A stretch of DNA of 64,000 nucleotides from positions 10,208,001 to 10,272,000 of the forward strand of contig CP086569.2 in assembly GCA_009914755.4 (NCBI GenBank), in the 5' to 3' direction. Position numbers and translations under genes: made by a program. This document shows positions 61,881 through 64,000 of the stretch, piece by piece. Numbering within the stretch: the first letter of the stretch is position 1; every line of letters starts with the position of its first letter. Under the pieces are notes generated by a model. That model was given only the letters and a program-made list of their open reading frames with translations, ran no database searches and was not told where the DNA came from. This DNA is from the human T2T-CHM13v2.0 reference genome, Homo sapiens.

Positions 61881-62048
61881 GATCCGTGATCTATTGTATA
61901 TTTCAAATCACGAAAATATTGTAAAATACTTAAAACATTCTCCCCCAAGAAAGCATGTATTTTAGTTAGCTTGGTTTAATCATTTATTAAAATTTCAAGC
62001 TGGTCGTGGTTGTTCACCCTTGAAATATCAACACCTTGGTAGCACCAG

Positions 62049-62270
62049 GCCAGAAGAGCGCTTGAGTCCAGGAGTTCGAGACCAGCTTGGGTACCATGGA
62101 GAATCCCACATCTATTAAAGAAACACAAAAAAATTGCCTACTAGCTCTGATAGCGAGAGCCTGTAGCTTCCCAAGTAGCTGAGAAGTGGGAGGATCACTT
62201 GAGGCTCCGTAGGGGACACTGCAGTGAGCAGTGCACGTTGGCAACAGGAAATTTCCATCTCAAAAAAAAA
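62049..62270 (+). mobile_element. Old Alu-like/FLAM-like fragment with an A-tail
   Basis: ggccagaagagcgcttgagtccaggagttcgagaccagcttgggtaccatggagaatcccacatctattaaagaaacacaaaaaaattgcctac...ctgagaagtgggaggatcacttgaggctccgtaggggacactgcagtgagcagtgcac...atctcaaaaaaaaa. Confidence 0.6.
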
Positions 62271-62564
62271 TACACAAAACATCACATTGTACAGTATAAA
62301 TATATAGTTTTCAAATAAAATTATTTAAATGGGACATCCTGCATATTGCAGCTTAAGAAAATTACAATAGCTTTTCTCGTCTCATTTTTACAAACAAGTT
62401 TTTGCCAGGTACGTATTAAAATGCAGCATTTGTCCATGAAGTCAGTGCCCCTTTCGCTCTGCATGTTACAAATTTTACATATTTAAAGTAAGAAATACTA
62501 AAAGTATGTCAGCCTTTTTAAGGGAAGGGAATTTCACTTGAGTTTTCAACAGAGTATGTAATAA

Positions 62565-62912
<348 letters not shown>

Positions 62913-64000
62913 TAAAATATTTATTTGTTTTTAAACTGTTATTTTCAAGTTTTTATTTGATATTGGGAAAATTCTCATGGCAGCAGTTAAGGGTCTGTGG
63001 AAAGGGTCACCTACTAGTGAGAAAGGAAAATGAGCAAAAGTAAATGTGTTGTGGAGGTAGGGAACAAATTGGAATACAATAGGCTGACTATAGAGGTGAC
63101 TTAGTATTAAGAATCATACTAATGATGTGAAATGTATTTTTTTTCATTTGTTAGTACTATGGTGTGTCCACTATATAAATGTAAAATGTTTTCATGTATT
63201 TTACTTTTTCTGATAAATGATTGGGAAACCAGCAATTTCAGATGCTTTGCATTTATTCTGAGAATGTTGCAGATGAGTCCCTTATTAATAATATCCTAAC
63301 TGTTCTTCACTTAACAGCATGTCAAGGTCTTTTTGGTATTACTAAACTTTTGAAGATATCATAATGTCATATGATCTGAAATACTGTATCCATCATCTTC
63401 TTTTTGCCATATAAGTGCAAATGTAGGTGGAAGGATATTGGAATAAATGTTACATAAATTAATACATGGTAATCCTATTTGTATGTTAGTATCTCAATAC
63501 AAGTGTAAATAGATTTTCAAAGCTTTCAAGCAGCTTTAAAACTTAGAAGGAACTCTCACAAAAATGAGAGAAGTAAGTTAGTATTTATTAAATACTATTA
63601 ATGGAATTACTTCCAATTCATGGAAACACTTCTATAGCGTAGACAAACTGCATAGTCAGCTAGAAAGACCTACAAGATGGAAATCTTCTATAGAGACACA
63701 TCTAGACAGACTCATAAGAAGGAAAGATTATTTCACATTTTCTGAAAATACATTCTTGAGAAAGTATATTTGAACAAGATCTTTACATTTAAGGAAGTGT
63801 TAAGCACTTGAAAGTAGAAAATAATATGAGAACATTGAAGCTGGGTAACAGAACTACTAACTGGCATTTTTGCCCCATCATTGCTCTTTTTCTCCTAAAA
63901 ACATTTTTATTCTGTCACCAGAGTGATTTATGTAACATGAATACCAATTACCCATTTTCCCAGTGTGTTTGAGCACTTATTGGATCCAACCAATGGTCTC

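Overview
This window is primate, almost certainly human Y-chromosome DNA from the TSPY tandem-repeat region (Yp11.2, DYZ5). It is not prokaryotic and contains no CRISPR array or defence island. The framing of a novel system does not fit what the sequence shows. What is here is a eukaryotic multicopy gene array edge embedded in repeats.

The core feature is a complete six-exon TSPY gene on the minus strand. Its CDS runs 16647..19203 and totals 927 nt (308 codons plus stop), with canonical GT/AG introns. The ATG sits in a GC-rich island with a CCAAT box. The translation matches the TSPY1 protein as I recall it over its whole length, with about two substitutions.

Lying head-to-head with TSPY, about 950 bp away across that GC-rich island, is a diverged TSPY-like pseudogene on the plus strand. 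Its exon 1 is still open for 232 codons, but its downstream exon-like blocks carry stops and frameshifts. A 5'-truncated paralogue of this pseudogene together with about 5 kb of flanking sequence recurs at the window start. The offset is exactly about 20.3 kb, which is the known TSPY unit length. These two copies (1..5110 and 20318..25680) are only about 90% identical, and the periodicity stops at about 25.7 kb. A third, older TSPY exon 2-5 relic sits mid-unit at 9.77-10.5 kb. Together this looks like the last unit and a truncated terminal unit at the boundary of the array.

Beyond the boundary the window holds ordinary human repeats and a few unusual structures:
- a roughly 6 kb tandem satellite with a 33/66 bp period (about 31990..38230) that keeps long open frames on both strands, interrupted by an AluY and (GAAA)n;
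- an older 5'-truncated L1 bracketed by about 600 bp direct repeats;
- many Alus, a MaLR (THE1/MST-type) LTR, and numerous microsatellites;
- a full-length young L1 (52214..58249) with an intact 338 aa ORF1, a multiply disrupted ORF2, 18 bp target-site duplications, and a 34 bp 3' transduction followed by a second poly(A).

All coordinates were derived by eye and from the ORF track. Alu and L1 ends are approximate to within about 10 bp.
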